From positions 16,383 to 80,382 of the forward strand of contig JAUSDP010000100.1 in the NCBI GenBank assembly GCA_030650605.1: a stretch of DNA of 64,000 nt. The letters are read 5' to 3'. Source of the stretch: a bacterium (GTDB lineage: Bacteria > Patescibacteriota > Minisyncoccia > Phycocordibacterales > Zambryskibacteraceae). A program made the translations under genes and the position numbers. Shown piece after piece: positions 18,386-27,644 of the stretch; positions within the stretch are counted from its first letter, which is position 1; every line of letters begins with the position of its first letter. The notes below the pieces were generated by a model. That model had not been told where the DNA came from. It was given only the letters and a program-made list of their open reading frames with translations, and searched no databases.

Positions 18386-19041
18386 TCATGAGCGACCACG
18401 AAGCAGATTATGAAGACGATGAGCTATCAATTGAAGACGTCAACCTCACAATTCCGGTGCGGTCGCAAAAAATTAGCGATCTCGACCTGATGGTGCATTC
18501 TGATGCGATTGAAGCTATCAAAATAATTGTGAGAAGCAACCACGACGCATCCATCAACAACAAGGAATCCGCCCTCCTCTTGTCCGATATCCCCACGCAG
18601 CTGGGGATTCACATGGAGGAGATGCAAGAAAAATTCTTTAATGAGCTCGATCGAACATTGGATCCTCGGTCTGAGGATTCAATTATCGTGCAGATGAAAT
18701 TGTTCGCTGACGCGCTCACAAAAGATGCCGACGAAAATATCAGAGAATCCAGCACTTCTCATCTCGAAAGCGTCCGTGATGAGGGTAATCGTCAATTCGG
18801 TCGCCTGGCGGCACTCAGTGACAAGATTGAATCCGAAATTGCTGGGGCGCTCAAACAGAACGCAGAGGCGACCAAGGCTATTTTCGAACTCGTGAGCTCG
18901 CTGGCCTCACGCGAAGCTGCGCTCAAAACTGCAGAATCCGCTTTTAATACTGAACGCCAAAAATTTGTTACTGAATCCGGCAATTCTGTTTCGAAACCAC
19001 GTGGATTTTGGGCTGAGCTCATTGGGACGAATCCAAAATGA
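18382..19041 (+). CDS. Hypothetical protein, 219 aa
   Basis: ATGA-type overlaps with both neighbours. Confidence 0.4.
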   Translation: MIMSDHEADYEDDELSIEDVNLTIPVRSQKISDLDLMVHSDAIEAIKIIVRSNHDASINNKESALLLSDIPTQLGIHMEEMQEKFFNELDRTLDPRSEDSIIVQMKLFADALTKDADENIRESSTSHLESVRDEGNRQFGRLAALSDKIESEIAGALKQNAEATKAIFELVSSLASREAALKTAESAFNTERQKFVTESGNSVSKPRGFWAELIGTNPK

Positions 19042-19718
19042 GCATCGACATGAGTCTGTTTGATGACATGCTCGATGTCGACGATGACACTCCTCCTGAG
19101 CCGGTAATGCCTGAGTATCCTGACGGCCCCGAGGAGCCTCCAGAACTCGAGGAGCGGCCTCGTCCAGCCCAGGTGACTGGGCTGGACTCGGTTGAAAGCA
19201 CTCAGGCTTCACCTGAGAAAATTGAGCCACTAAGCGATGAAGCCGTTGAAGCCCAAATTGCTTCCGCACGTCGGATTCTTGCTCTGTGCAGTGCTCCTGC
19301 GATACCGAGGGCACCTCGCCTGGACACAAAAAAGCTTTTTGAGATCGCATCAAAAACGGCTATTGAGCTCGTTAAAAAACGTGCTTTGGATGCTCAGAGT
19401 GCAATTCAGAATCCTGAGGAATCTCTTGATATCTTGGGTTCTGATGATGCTGATGGCCGATCCGAAAGTGACTCGCAGGCGTCAAATATTGCGATCTCAA
19501 AAAAATCTGAGGGCGCCCAAAAGCCATATGCGAAACAACTGTTCGCGCCGACTGGCGAAGACACGTATGGAGTGATGGCTGCACGGAGGGTTATTGAGCG
19601 CAATCAAAAAACCGTTACGTTCGAACCGACTGAATTCACGCTGCACGAAGTTGCACGTTTACGCATTTTGAATGATGCCACCGCGCGCGGTGAAGGCATC
19701 CCTAAAGAGTCTTCGTAA
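19038..19718 (+). CDS. Acidic Pro/Glu-rich hypothetical protein, 226 aa
   Basis: Coupled to the upstream gene. The N-terminus is DDMLDVDDDTPPEPVMPEYPDGPEEPPELEE. Confidence 0.4.
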   Translation: MSIDMSLFDDMLDVDDDTPPEPVMPEYPDGPEEPPELEERPRPAQVTGLDSVESTQASPEKIEPLSDEAVEAQIASARRILALCSAPAIPRAPRLDTKKLFEIASKTAIELVKKRALDAQSAIQNPEESLDILGSDDADGRSESDSQASNIAISKKSEGAQKPYAKQLFAPTGEDTYGVMAARRVIERNQKTVTFEPTEFTLHEVARLRILNDATARGEGIPKESS

Positions 19719-19745
19719 TCAAATTCAATATTTGGGAGAAATCAC

Positions 19746-19913
19746 ATGCTTAAGAAATTTTTACACGGCGCATTGATGTGCGCATTAACGCTTTTGGCAG
19801 CAGCCTTTTTATATTGGCTCCTTATCAAAATGGGAATTAGTTTTGAAGGCTTTGACAATAACTGCCTTTGTTTCCCTGAGTATCCTGAATATTTAAAAGG
19901 AGACATTAAATGA
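19746..19913 (+). CDS. Small membrane protein, 55 aa (not in the supplied ORF track)
   Basis: ATG at 19746. Hydrophobic N-terminus ALMCALTLLAAAFLYWLLI. The stop overlaps the ATG of the next small membrane-protein gene (ATGA). Confidence 0.3.
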   Translation: MLKKFLHGALMCALTLLAAAFLYWLLIKMGISFEGFDNNCLCFPEYPEYLKGDIK

Positions 19914-20122
19914 GCCAATCTCGTAGGGGGTCTTTTATTGAGAATCTTGTGGTCATGGCTGGAAGCCTGGTTATAAGCATCCTCGCACAAACTTTTTTGT
20001 TTCCATTGTTCGGAGTTTATGTGCCAGGCATCAGTACAAATTTGTATTTGACGTTGATTCTGGGTGTAGTCGGTTTCAGTTACAAATATATGATCCGGCG
20101 CGTCTTTAATGCGCGTGAATAA
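19910..20122 (+). CDS. Small membrane protein, 70 aa
   Basis: Two predicted TM helices (LVVMAGSLVISILAQTFLFPLF and LYLTLILGVVGFSY). Confidence 0.35.
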   Translation: MSQSRRGSFIENLVVMAGSLVISILAQTFLFPLFGVYVPGISTNLYLTLILGVVGFSYKYMIRRVFNARE

Positions 20123-20143
20123 TTAATTTCAGTAAAGGCAATC

Positions 20144-21100
20144 ATGTCACAAGCTATCGATACTTCTGCAACTCAACTATTCACAATCGAACAACTCAAG
20201 ACAGCATCTTGGACTTGGTCTAGACATGATATTTATTTAGACGACGACGATGAATACCCCATCGATGATGATGGTGAGTCGGCGTTCAGATTCGCCATTG
20301 GCAAAGCGTCTGTCTTCGCATTAATAGATGGTTTCCGCGCTGAAATCTCATATTACTTTAATCTTCACGTAGGTAATTATTTCGAGACTAATGATGACAT
20401 TGATGGAGAATCCGTAGATTTGTCGGCGGAACAAACGACTCCCATTGAGAAAAATTTTAAATTAATTTCAATAGATAGTTCAGGCGAGATCAAAGAAAGT
20501 GAATTTTGTGATTTAAGAATGTTTGTCGATAATTTGACAATTGACTTGCGTAACATGGATCGAAACACTACTGAAGAATATTTAACTTCAACAAATGATG
20601 AAGTTCAGGATGACTTGGAAGATCGAGAGCGATTGTTTAGCGAGCTTATTGAAGCGTATACATCTACTGGCTGCTCATCACTAAGAACCAGCTTCTACAA
20701 TGCCGATTTAGTTCAAAATTGTCGCAACCTTGGCGGCAGGTGGGATACAGAAGAAAAGGCGTGGATGTTCTGGGGCACTGTCGCTGACAAAATTAAGGTT
20801 CAAAGATTGGACGAAAAATACAATTCAGCGATGGTTCTAATTGAGGTTAAAGCACTTGAACAAATTGACGCTTGGTGCGCGCCAGTTTTTTTGGCGGGAT
20901 TCAAGTTTTGCACTGCAACAAGTTGCGGCTCAGGTGCAAAGTTAGCTGCTAGGATCAATTTTATTTCTGGTGAAATTACATCATCTGGATCTCCAAAAGG
21001 CTGGTACACAACGATTCGGAAAGAATCCGTTTTTAGACTTGAAGTTCCTCAAAATTGCATTGAAGATTTCGGTTCAAATGTTTTCGTTACCTTGCTTTAA
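20144..21100 (+). CDS. Hypothetical acidic protein, 318 aa
   Basis: Long ORF with an ATG start. Contains the motif NLGGRWDTEEKAWMFWG. No confident family assignment. Confidence 0.4.
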   Translation: MSQAIDTSATQLFTIEQLKTASWTWSRHDIYLDDDDEYPIDDDGESAFRFAIGKASVFALIDGFRAEISYYFNLHVGNYFETNDDIDGESVDLSAEQTTPIEKNFKLISIDSSGEIKESEFCDLRMFVDNLTIDLRNMDRNTTEEYLTSTNDEVQDDLEDRERLFSELIEAYTSTGCSSLRTSFYNADLVQNCRNLGGRWDTEEKAWMFWGTVADKIKVQRLDEKYNSAMVLIEVKALEQIDAWCAPVFLAGFKFCTATSCGSGAKLAARINFISGEITSSGSPKGWYTTIRKESVFRLEVPQNCIEDFGSNVFVTLL

Positions 21101-21134
21101 TCTAAAACATCGAATTTTGAAGATCGCTCAATTA

Positions 21135-21839
21135 ATGCTAGTTCCCTCGATGTTCATCGCTGCCTTTTCTAGCGTGATGCTATTAAAAGCAGTTAATTTG
21201 AAGTTTGAATATATTTTGGTTTTTGAAGTTATTCTTGGAGTACTGATGATGATATTAATTACTAAAGACAAAAGCGAATCCGATACAAACAAGCCTTCTG
21301 AGAGCCTGTTGAAAAACCTTACGGACCCGAATTTTGAATTCAGTATTCAAGATCCAGAAATCGCAAAACTAATTTTTCAGAATCAGGAAGACGACGATGC
21401 ATTGTGTGACGAGCGCAACCGCATCATAAATGCATGCGCACTCATCATGCAGGCCGCGGGAAAAACTGATTTCGGTCACAGAAAAATGCTTGAAAACGGC
21501 TGTCGATACAACTCAGTTTTCACACTAAATCGATTGCTATACACGCTTAGAAATGTGACCGGCGAAGCGATCTTGGCATGCCAGACGATTTTAGATGCCG
21601 AAAATATTCAGATTGGATCCGAATTGGCTGTTGCAATCGAATTCGTATTTCGAGGTAGTTTTGAAATGTCTCGATCGCTATTTTTATTACAGATCGGTTC
21701 CAGAAAATTGGCAAAGTTGGTTCATCGATGCGAAGAATTCAAAGCGAAAACTGAATGGCCACTCAGTTTTATGGACTATGCGGATTACACAGATAATTAC
21801 AGCGAAGACTCTTATCTTGAATTCATAAGTTGTATTTAG
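21135..21839 (+). CDS. Hypothetical membrane-anchored protein (internal start of the longer ORF 20970..21839)
   Basis: The ATG at 21135 gives an N-terminal TM segment (MLVPSMFIAAFSSVMLL ... VILGVLMMILI). The upstream part of the ORF overlaps the preceding gene and is probably not translated. Confidence 0.35.
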   Translation: MLVPSMFIAAFSSVMLLKAVNLKFEYILVFEVILGVLMMILITKDKSESDTNKPSESLLKNLTDPNFEFSIQDPEIAKLIFQNQEDDDALCDERNRIINACALIMQAAGKTDFGHRKMLENGCRYNSVFTLNRLLYTLRNVTGEAILACQTILDAENIQIGSELAVAIEFVFRGSFEMSRSLFLLQIGSRKLAKLVHRCEEFKAKTEWPLSFMDYADYTDNYSEDSYLEFISCI

Positions 21840-21970
21840 TTCACAATTAAAAAGATATCAAATAAACTTAAATAAATACACATATGCGCCCGAATGGGCG
21901 TATAATAAATCTATAGACACAACGCCTATATCGACACCAGACGAATTCTGGCGCTTTGAGGAGATTTAAA

Positions 21971-22309
21971 ATGCTGACCCAAGATCAACGCAACACCTTT
22001 AGGCTCGCTCTTGCATCGTTCAACGCGTATTCCGTCAAGAATGTCGAAGAACTCGACATCAACCATATGTTGTCGGATGACCAGATCGTCGAAACCCGCG
22101 AAACAATCGAAAATTTTTTTGAGGCGAAAGGCCGGAAATTGAACCGTCGGAGCGAGCGGCCAGAAGTGCCTTTTGAACAGGAAACCACTTTACTTGGCAT
22201 TATTTTTAAGTGGGACGACGTTCAAGCGCGCAAAGGCGCTCGCCGTGGCACTCTTTACGTCATGGATTTTGGTGTTGCTCGTGCCGCCTTCTTCGATGGC
22301 GAGGCATAA
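21971..22309 (+). CDS. Hypothetical protein, about 112 aa
   Basis: The ATG at 21971 is in frame with the ORF from 21956. Confidence 0.3.
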   Translation: MLTQDQRNTFRLALASFNAYSVKNVEELDINHMLSDDQIVETRETIENFFEAKGRKLNRRSERPEVPFEQETTLLGIIFKWDDVQARKGARRGTLYVMDFGVARAAFFDGEA

Positions 22310-22442
22310 CAGGCAAGCAAGCAAAATATCAATCAATTTGGAGAATTAAGATCAAAAAAGAATGCTTGCTCAATTGGAAGCGAAACGACATTTTGGCGTT
22401 GAAATATAATGTTCCCAATCAAAACCAAAGACCCCATAAAAA

Positions 22443-22676
22443 ATGAGCGATACCAATTCCAAAATCCCTACGGGCGCCGAAGTCAAAGCAATGCGAATTG
22501 CGGCCGGAATGACGCAGAAAGAGTGCGCGGAGCGTTTTGGATACCAGGTCGTGCGCAGCTGGCAAAAGAAAGAAGAGACTGGTCCCAGTGCTCGTGAGCT
22601 CACTCTGGGGGAGTGGGAGCTCCTTATGCTCTTAGCTGGCCAGCATCCAGAATTTACTCTGGAACCCAAAACTTAA
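22443..22676 (+). CDS. Small XRE-family helix-turn-helix protein, 77 aa
   Basis: AMRIAAGMTQKECAERFGYQVVRSWQKKE is a classic HTH_XRE pattern. Confidence 0.5.
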   Translation: MSDTNSKIPTGAEVKAMRIAAGMTQKECAERFGYQVVRSWQKKEETGPSARELTLGEWELLMLLAGQHPEFTLEPKT

Positions 22677-22881
22677 GTAAATTCAAGAATAATTTGGTTC
22701 CAAGTTGCGTATTTAATTATCTGAGATATCCTTTAAGCATAAAATAGAAATAATTGTAAATGATTAAAAATAATCTTAAATACTTCTTGCATAACGCCCA
22801 TTTGGGCGTATATTTTAATCATTGGGAGTTGCAAATCAGTCGCTTATATCTTCCAGTTAACGGACCACCAAGGAGAATTTC

Positions 22882-23115
22882 ATGAATGCAATAAAATCAA
22901 TCAGCACTATTAATACCACTGCAGGGTGGGCAATTCGAGTGCGACTAACGACAGGCAAAGAATTATTTAGTGGCATGACTGGTGAAAACGGACATAAGCT
23001 GACGTTACACGAAGCCGAAGCAACTGCTGTTTCACTCCGCCGCGATATCGCTCGACATGGGACAAGTCAGATTCGTGGTGATGAGCTTCCTTCCGACGTG
23101 AGAATTATTAAATAA
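22882..23115 (+). CDS. Small hypothetical protein, 77 aa
   Basis: ORF with an upstream GGAG-like ribosome-binding site (accaaggagaatttc ATG). Confidence 0.35.
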   Translation: MNAIKSISTINTTAGWAIRVRLTTGKELFSGMTGENGHKLTLHEAEATAVSLRRDIARHGTSQIRGDELPSDVRIIK

Positions 23116-23181
23116 ATTAGTTAGCATGTTTTTATGCTTATGCTCAACCGCACTAAATGAACATTAAGTGGAGAATTAAAA

Positions 23182-23601
23182 ATGACCGCCTTATCAAAAC
23201 AAGATTTCTTAACAAAAACATCATTTGAACCAGCTTTTAAATTGGTAGTTACTGATACACAAAAAAAGGCATTATTGGATTTCTACCAAGAATCTGTTTA
23301 TGAAGAATTTAGAGCTAGCTTAATTGCAAGTGGATTTTCTATCGAAGCAGCAACCGAAAGTGTTGAGGGACACAAAGAAAAGCTGACGGCAATCTTTAAT
23401 CACATGACAAAAAGAACAGACGAATTCTTCGAACTTGTATCTGCAGAAGACGGGTTTCCAAGTACTAATTTCTCAGCTCCAGAATCTAAAGAGAAAATGA
23501 TTTACCTTTTTGAAAGTATTACGCATCAAACTTATAATCCAGCAATATCTTATTACACGAGTGATAACAACGCATGGAATGAAGTGTTGCAAGCAATATA
23601 G
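23182..23601 (+). CDS. Hypothetical protein, 139 aa
   Basis: ORF with an upstream RBS (ggagaattaaaa ATG). Followed by a hairpin terminator. Confidence 0.35.
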   Translation: MTALSKQDFLTKTSFEPAFKLVVTDTQKKALLDFYQESVYEEFRASLIASGFSIEAATESVEGHKEKLTAIFNHMTKRTDEFFELVSAEDGFPSTNFSAPESKEKMIYLFESITHQTYNPAISYYTSDNNAWNEVLQAI

Positions 23602-23625
23602 AGTTCAAAACCAAAAGACAGCCTG

Positions 23626-23655
23626 GAGCCACACTTTTTCGTGTGGCTTTTTCTT
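23626..23655. terminator. Bidirectional rho-independent terminator between convergent genes
   Basis: gagccacac tttttc gtgtggctt followed by a T-run. Lies between the stop of 23182..23601 (+) and the stop of 23670..25715 (-). Confidence 0.45.
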
Positions 23656-23669
23656 GTGACACCACAAAC

Positions 23670-25715
23670 TTAATCAGAACTTTTCTTAAGCTCTTGCAAA
23701 TTGAGTAATTGCTCGTATGAGGCATAAAAGTCTCGACTGGTGATGCTAATATGAGCGGTCCTCAATAGCTCCCTAACGAAGTCGTCTGCACTCGCAGTCC
23801 GCTCCAATAGCAACAGTATTTGAAACAGCGAGAGGCTCCAGCACCGACTAAACGGAAACCGATTCGTTAAGTCGTACTCACCTGCGCGTTTTGCTGCATC
23901 CTTAAATTTGCGGAACCATTCGTGCAGCGGCTCTAGATTTTTCTGCTGCGTAGGATCGGTTGTTTCGAAATCCATTTCGCACCCAGCGAGCAAGTAGTGC
24001 CATAAATATGGGCGGTCATGGAGGCTGAGTAGTTCCCCTCTTGTTACAGAAACTTTTAGAACTTCCTTGGAGCCAAGTTCAATAACAGATAGCTCTTCGT
24101 TAAATCTCAGCTCAATCGTTTTGTGTTCTTTGAGGAATGCATGCCGCTCCATTGCTTGTGCCTGCGGACGTGCTAGCGAATCTGCGAGATCCTCTAGCGC
24201 TTTGAGGACATCGCCTGATCTTGATTGTCTGGTTAGCACCTTCCCTTTGAGTTCAAAAAAGATAATATGGGATTCTGTCTGAATGGCCAGATCGCACTCA
24301 CTTCTCTCTGAATTATTACCATAAATACCGTAATGAATCTTTACGCCTTTTGCGGAGAACTGATCGCGTACAAACTGCTCTAATGCAAGCCCGAGTGTTT
24401 CGTCGAAGCCCTTTTTATCAGGCCATGCACGACGGCACCACTCTATGACCGCATTCAGCGTGGCGCGCGCAGCGATATTTGGAGGCAAGCGTAACAACGA
24501 TCCTTGCTCATCTATGAGAAGCGGTCGAAATGCTGCATTGACTTCGCTATCTTGAAGTGGGAATGTTAGCTTTAGATTTATTTTGCCGAAGTCGTGAGCA
24601 AATATGCGAGTGAGTAAGCGCTGAGCAGAGGGGGAATCCATTCCTCCAAGTTCCGCAAGTGCCGCAGGTGGAATTCTCTGAATCCCCGTTGGGCCGCAGG
24701 ATGTCTCCTTAAGTAGAACTATTGCCGCTGCAAGAATGTGGGGCGAATTAAATCCATCCTTATCGACCAATTTTGAAAACTGCTGATAAGTGAGCAACCA
24801 ACGAACGAAGGTTTCAACATGGTTTGGTTTTGCTTGGACGAGACAAAATGTTGCATCGTAAAGCAACGATTTTCGTGTTGTCTCTAGGATGTCTCTCGAA
24901 CGCGCAAATATCATCCCCATCGTATCGTCGGCTTCCAAGTCGAGGATTCCGACAGCAAAGGTCAGCAATCCTAAGAGCCGGGTAAATTCCGCTTGTCCAG
25001 CATCGTGGGTCTGCTTACAGTGGAAGTACTTCAGTCCCAACTGGAATAGAAATGCGAATGGAACCTGTGGCGAAGCGTCAAGACGAACCTGTTGGCCATG
25101 TCTACCTAAATTGAAACGATCTGTTGTACTGCTATATGTTGGCTCTATTTCAGCCATTGCAGTAGCTACCAGTGCTTCACCACCTAGCTTTCGCGCCAGC
25201 GTGTCAATATCTTCCTGCAGGCGTGCAACCTCTGGATCAGGCATATCTAGCCCTCCAATTTCGGGAAGAAGAATCTGGTAGCCACTATCTCGTAGGCCGT
25301 TTATCGATTTTGAAACAACCTGCGCACGCACGTCGCTTACAAGCTCCTGTTCAGGAGAACGCCAAGGCGGAAAATGCAAGTGATATCGGACTGCCGCTAG
25401 TATCGCTGATTCCCAATTTATTACTTCAGCTGCGGAAGTACCATGGACTCGTAGCGCAATTTTCAGTGCTTGCGCTACGTTTCGGTAAGGCTGCAATAAT
25501 TGTTTATCGCAAAGATGTCTAATCGCCAGCTCATGAATTATGGTCCTAACTTTTGCAAGTGCCTCCGAGGATTTTACTGGCGGAAAGTAGCTCCGAATCT
25601 CTTCAAAGAGCGCGGCTTCAGTGATGCGTTGTGCGGCTTGTGTTGTTGTTTCGAGGTGAGCGTCTGTCAGCGTCCTGAATTTTATTAAATCCATCTCATT
25701 TCCTTTTAGCCGCAT
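23670..25715 (-). CDS. Large stand-alone protein (681 aa) with a PD-(D/E)XK-nuclease-like motif
   Basis: Motif ECDLAIQTESHIIFFELKGK (D ... E-x-K), typical of the restriction-endonuclease fold, in the C-terminal half. The rest has no known domain. Monocistronic and flanked by terminator-like hairpins. Confidence 0.45.
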   Translation of the reverse strand: MRLKGNEMDLIKFRTLTDAHLETTTQAAQRITEAALFEEIRSYFPPVKSSEALAKVRTIIHELAIRHLCDKQLLQPYRNVAQALKIALRVHGTSAAEVINWESAILAAVRYHLHFPPWRSPEQELVSDVRAQVVSKSINGLRDSGYQILLPEIGGLDMPDPEVARLQEDIDTLARKLGGEALVATAMAEIEPTYSSTTDRFNLGRHGQQVRLDASPQVPFAFLFQLGLKYFHCKQTHDAGQAEFTRLLGLLTFAVGILDLEADDTMGMIFARSRDILETTRKSLLYDATFCLVQAKPNHVETFVRWLLTYQQFSKLVDKDGFNSPHILAAAIVLLKETSCGPTGIQRIPPAALAELGGMDSPSAQRLLTRIFAHDFGKINLKLTFPLQDSEVNAAFRPLLIDEQGSLLRLPPNIAARATLNAVIEWCRRAWPDKKGFDETLGLALEQFVRDQFSAKGVKIHYGIYGNNSERSECDLAIQTESHIIFFELKGKVLTRQSRSGDVLKALEDLADSLARPQAQAMERHAFLKEHKTIELRFNEELSVIELGSKEVLKVSVTRGELLSLHDRPYLWHYLLAGCEMDFETTDPTQQKNLEPLHEWFRKFKDAAKRAGEYDLTNRFPFSRCWSLSLFQILLLLERTASADDFVRELLRTAHISITSRDFYASYEQLLNLQELKKSSD

Positions 25716-25901
25716 CGTTTTGATTAATGTGATTTTATCTTCGCAAGCTCTTTTCCAGTTGGAAAATTCTCTGTCTGAGCGAATGCGAGTCGAAATCTAA
25801 AAAGGTTTTTTGAATCCGCAAAATATATCTGGAGCGCCTCGAGGACTTTCTTAATGTAAAGCCAGTACAATTGCCTATAGCTCAATCTGTGAGACGGAAA
25901 A

Positions 25902-26651
25902 ATGATTAAATTGACGATAGCGACCGCTTTGGCCGCAATGGCTTCACTTGTAAGTTTTGCTGTTTATGGCCAAGATTTGAGCAACGCTCTATCTAGATCA
26001 GTAGGAGTTGAGATCTCGTATGATTTTAAAACGTTTTCCGGTGGCGGCGTTTGGCTTGGAAACGGTGAAGTGTTGAGTGCATCTCACATTTTCATGGATG
26101 CAAAGTCTTTAACGGATCCAATCTTCGTCGTGACGCATGGAAAGAAATACAAGGCCACGCCAATTTTTCATGGCAACCCGCCTCACAACGACCTAATACT
26201 GTTGAAGATTGATGCCGCATTGGTCCCTGATTTTTTAACGAAGGCACCTGCACCACAAGTTTGTGACGAATTCGAGCCGGTGGGTGCGCAGTTGTATGTG
26301 ACCGCGCGCGAAGTTATCTACAACACCTACGCGTCACCTTATGGCGCGGTTACGTATAAGGGGAAAACGTGGGCCACATCGACAACAGCTATGTTGAGCC
26401 ATGGTGTCTCAGGAAGCCCTGTTTACGATACCGAAACAAGTTGCCTTGCCGGGATTGTTAGCCTGGGTGAATGGCGACCGATCGGGAATGTAGCGGATCC
26501 GAAACGCCTCGAATGCGAAATAGCGACGCTGCAGTTGAGGGATTCAGGAGATGGGATAACGTGCGCAGCTGAAACCAAATCTGTATTCATGACTGCTGAT
26601 GTTATTCGTGTTTTTTTGAAGGCCGCCAAGGAGTACCAGCGAACTCACTGA
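25902..26651 (+). CDS. Secreted trypsin-like (S1 family) serine protease, 249 aa
   Basis: Signal peptide. Catalytic triad contexts LSASHIF (His), NDLILLKI (Asp) and GVSGSPVYD (the GDSGGP equivalent). Confidence 0.55.
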   Translation: MIKLTIATALAAMASLVSFAVYGQDLSNALSRSVGVEISYDFKTFSGGGVWLGNGEVLSASHIFMDAKSLTDPIFVVTHGKKYKATPIFHGNPPHNDLILLKIDAALVPDFLTKAPAPQVCDEFEPVGAQLYVTAREVIYNTYASPYGAVTYKGKTWATSTTAMLSHGVSGSPVYDTETSCLAGIVSLGEWRPIGNVADPKRLECEIATLQLRDSGDGITCAAETKSVFMTADVIRVFLKAAKEYQRTH

Positions 26652-26809
26652 CGCCGTATTAATAATGGGGTGTGCGGAAAATTTGATTGATTTGCTTGTG
26701 TGCACCGCACAACAAATTAATGAAAATAGTTCTTGTATGTTCGTAAAATACGAACTAATATAACTACATCGGCAGCAATTGTGCAAACCGATACTCCAGG
26801 AGATTCAAA

Positions 26810-27076
26810 ATGTCTTACTCAAAAATCACTACCATCTGCGGTCACACATCACAAAAACCTGCAAACTGGTCTGATATGACAGCTGATCAGCGTTATGAAT
26901 GGTCGAATAAAAATCCAATGGTCAGCACTCATCGCAACGGCTTCTGGAAAACAGAAACAATCTCAAAAGTTGCGCAAAAAATGGGAATTGTTAACGAAGC
27001 TTCAGCCTCGCATTGTGTCATCGACCATTCTGGAAAAGGTCGCGGATCTAGCAAGCAATTCAAAGTATCAATTTAA
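26810..27076 (+). CDS. Small hypothetical protein, 88 aa
   Basis: ORF with the RBS ggagattcaaa ATG. Confidence 0.3.
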   Translation: MSYSKITTICGHTSQKPANWSDMTADQRYEWSNKNPMVSTHRNGFWKTETISKVAQKMGIVNEASASHCVIDHSGKGRGSSKQFKVSI

Positions 27077-27115
27077 ATTTAAAACGGCGGGGCAACCCGC
27101 CTATCGAGAAAGCAC

Positions 27116-27577
27116 ATGAACGGATCAACTCTTAAGGCTCTGCGCAGCCTTTTATTTTTCACGCAAGAAGAAGCGTCCATCTTGATTGGTGGCGTTTCTC
27201 TGCGCTCCTGGCAATATTGGGAAGTCGATAAACGGACCATCCCACAGGACGTGATCGACCGCGTTACCAGCCTCATTCTATGGCGTAAGAAGGCTATAGA
27301 AACTGTTGAGCTTGCGCTTGGCGATATGCTGGCGCATATACCAGCAGACCAACCGGTAGAGCCGCTTACCATCATTGTGTACGGCTCAGTGGAAGACTGG
27401 ATGACACTGCCAGACCGTGAACCTGTCATGTGGAAGCCACATTGTTCGGCGGTTGCGAATCTGTGTGCCTCATTCGCGGCCAGATCGATTGTATTTGACG
27501 CACCGGCCTATGCGCGATGGCTAGGCAAACGCAAAGACAATGAAACCATGCGCGGTCAATGGGCTGCTTCTGTTTAA
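27116..27577 (+). CDS. Putative HTH DNA-binding protein (DUF1870/YdiL-like N-terminus), 153 aa
   Basis: LKALRSLLFFTQEEASILIGGVSLRSWQYWE resembles a phage-type HTH. Confidence 0.35.
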   Translation: MNGSTLKALRSLLFFTQEEASILIGGVSLRSWQYWEVDKRTIPQDVIDRVTSLILWRKKAIETVELALGDMLAHIPADQPVEPLTIIVYGSVEDWMTLPDREPVMWKPHCSAVANLCASFAARSIVFDAPAYARWLGKRKDNETMRGQWAASV

Positions 27578-27644
27578 TTTTTGCAGCGCAGCACAAAATA
27601 ACGTCATCAATCATAAAATCCGCATACCCTAATAATGAAAATCC

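Noticed and set aside
19742-19990. 82-aa minus-strand ORF
   Set aside because: It overlaps two co-directional, translationally coupled + strand small membrane-protein genes that fit the surrounding + strand operon. It has no RBS.
20970-21134. 5' part of ORF 20970..21839, which overlaps gene 20144..21100 in another frame
   Set aside because: The overlap of 130 bp is implausible. The ATG at 21135 yields a clean N-terminal transmembrane segment and removes the overlap.
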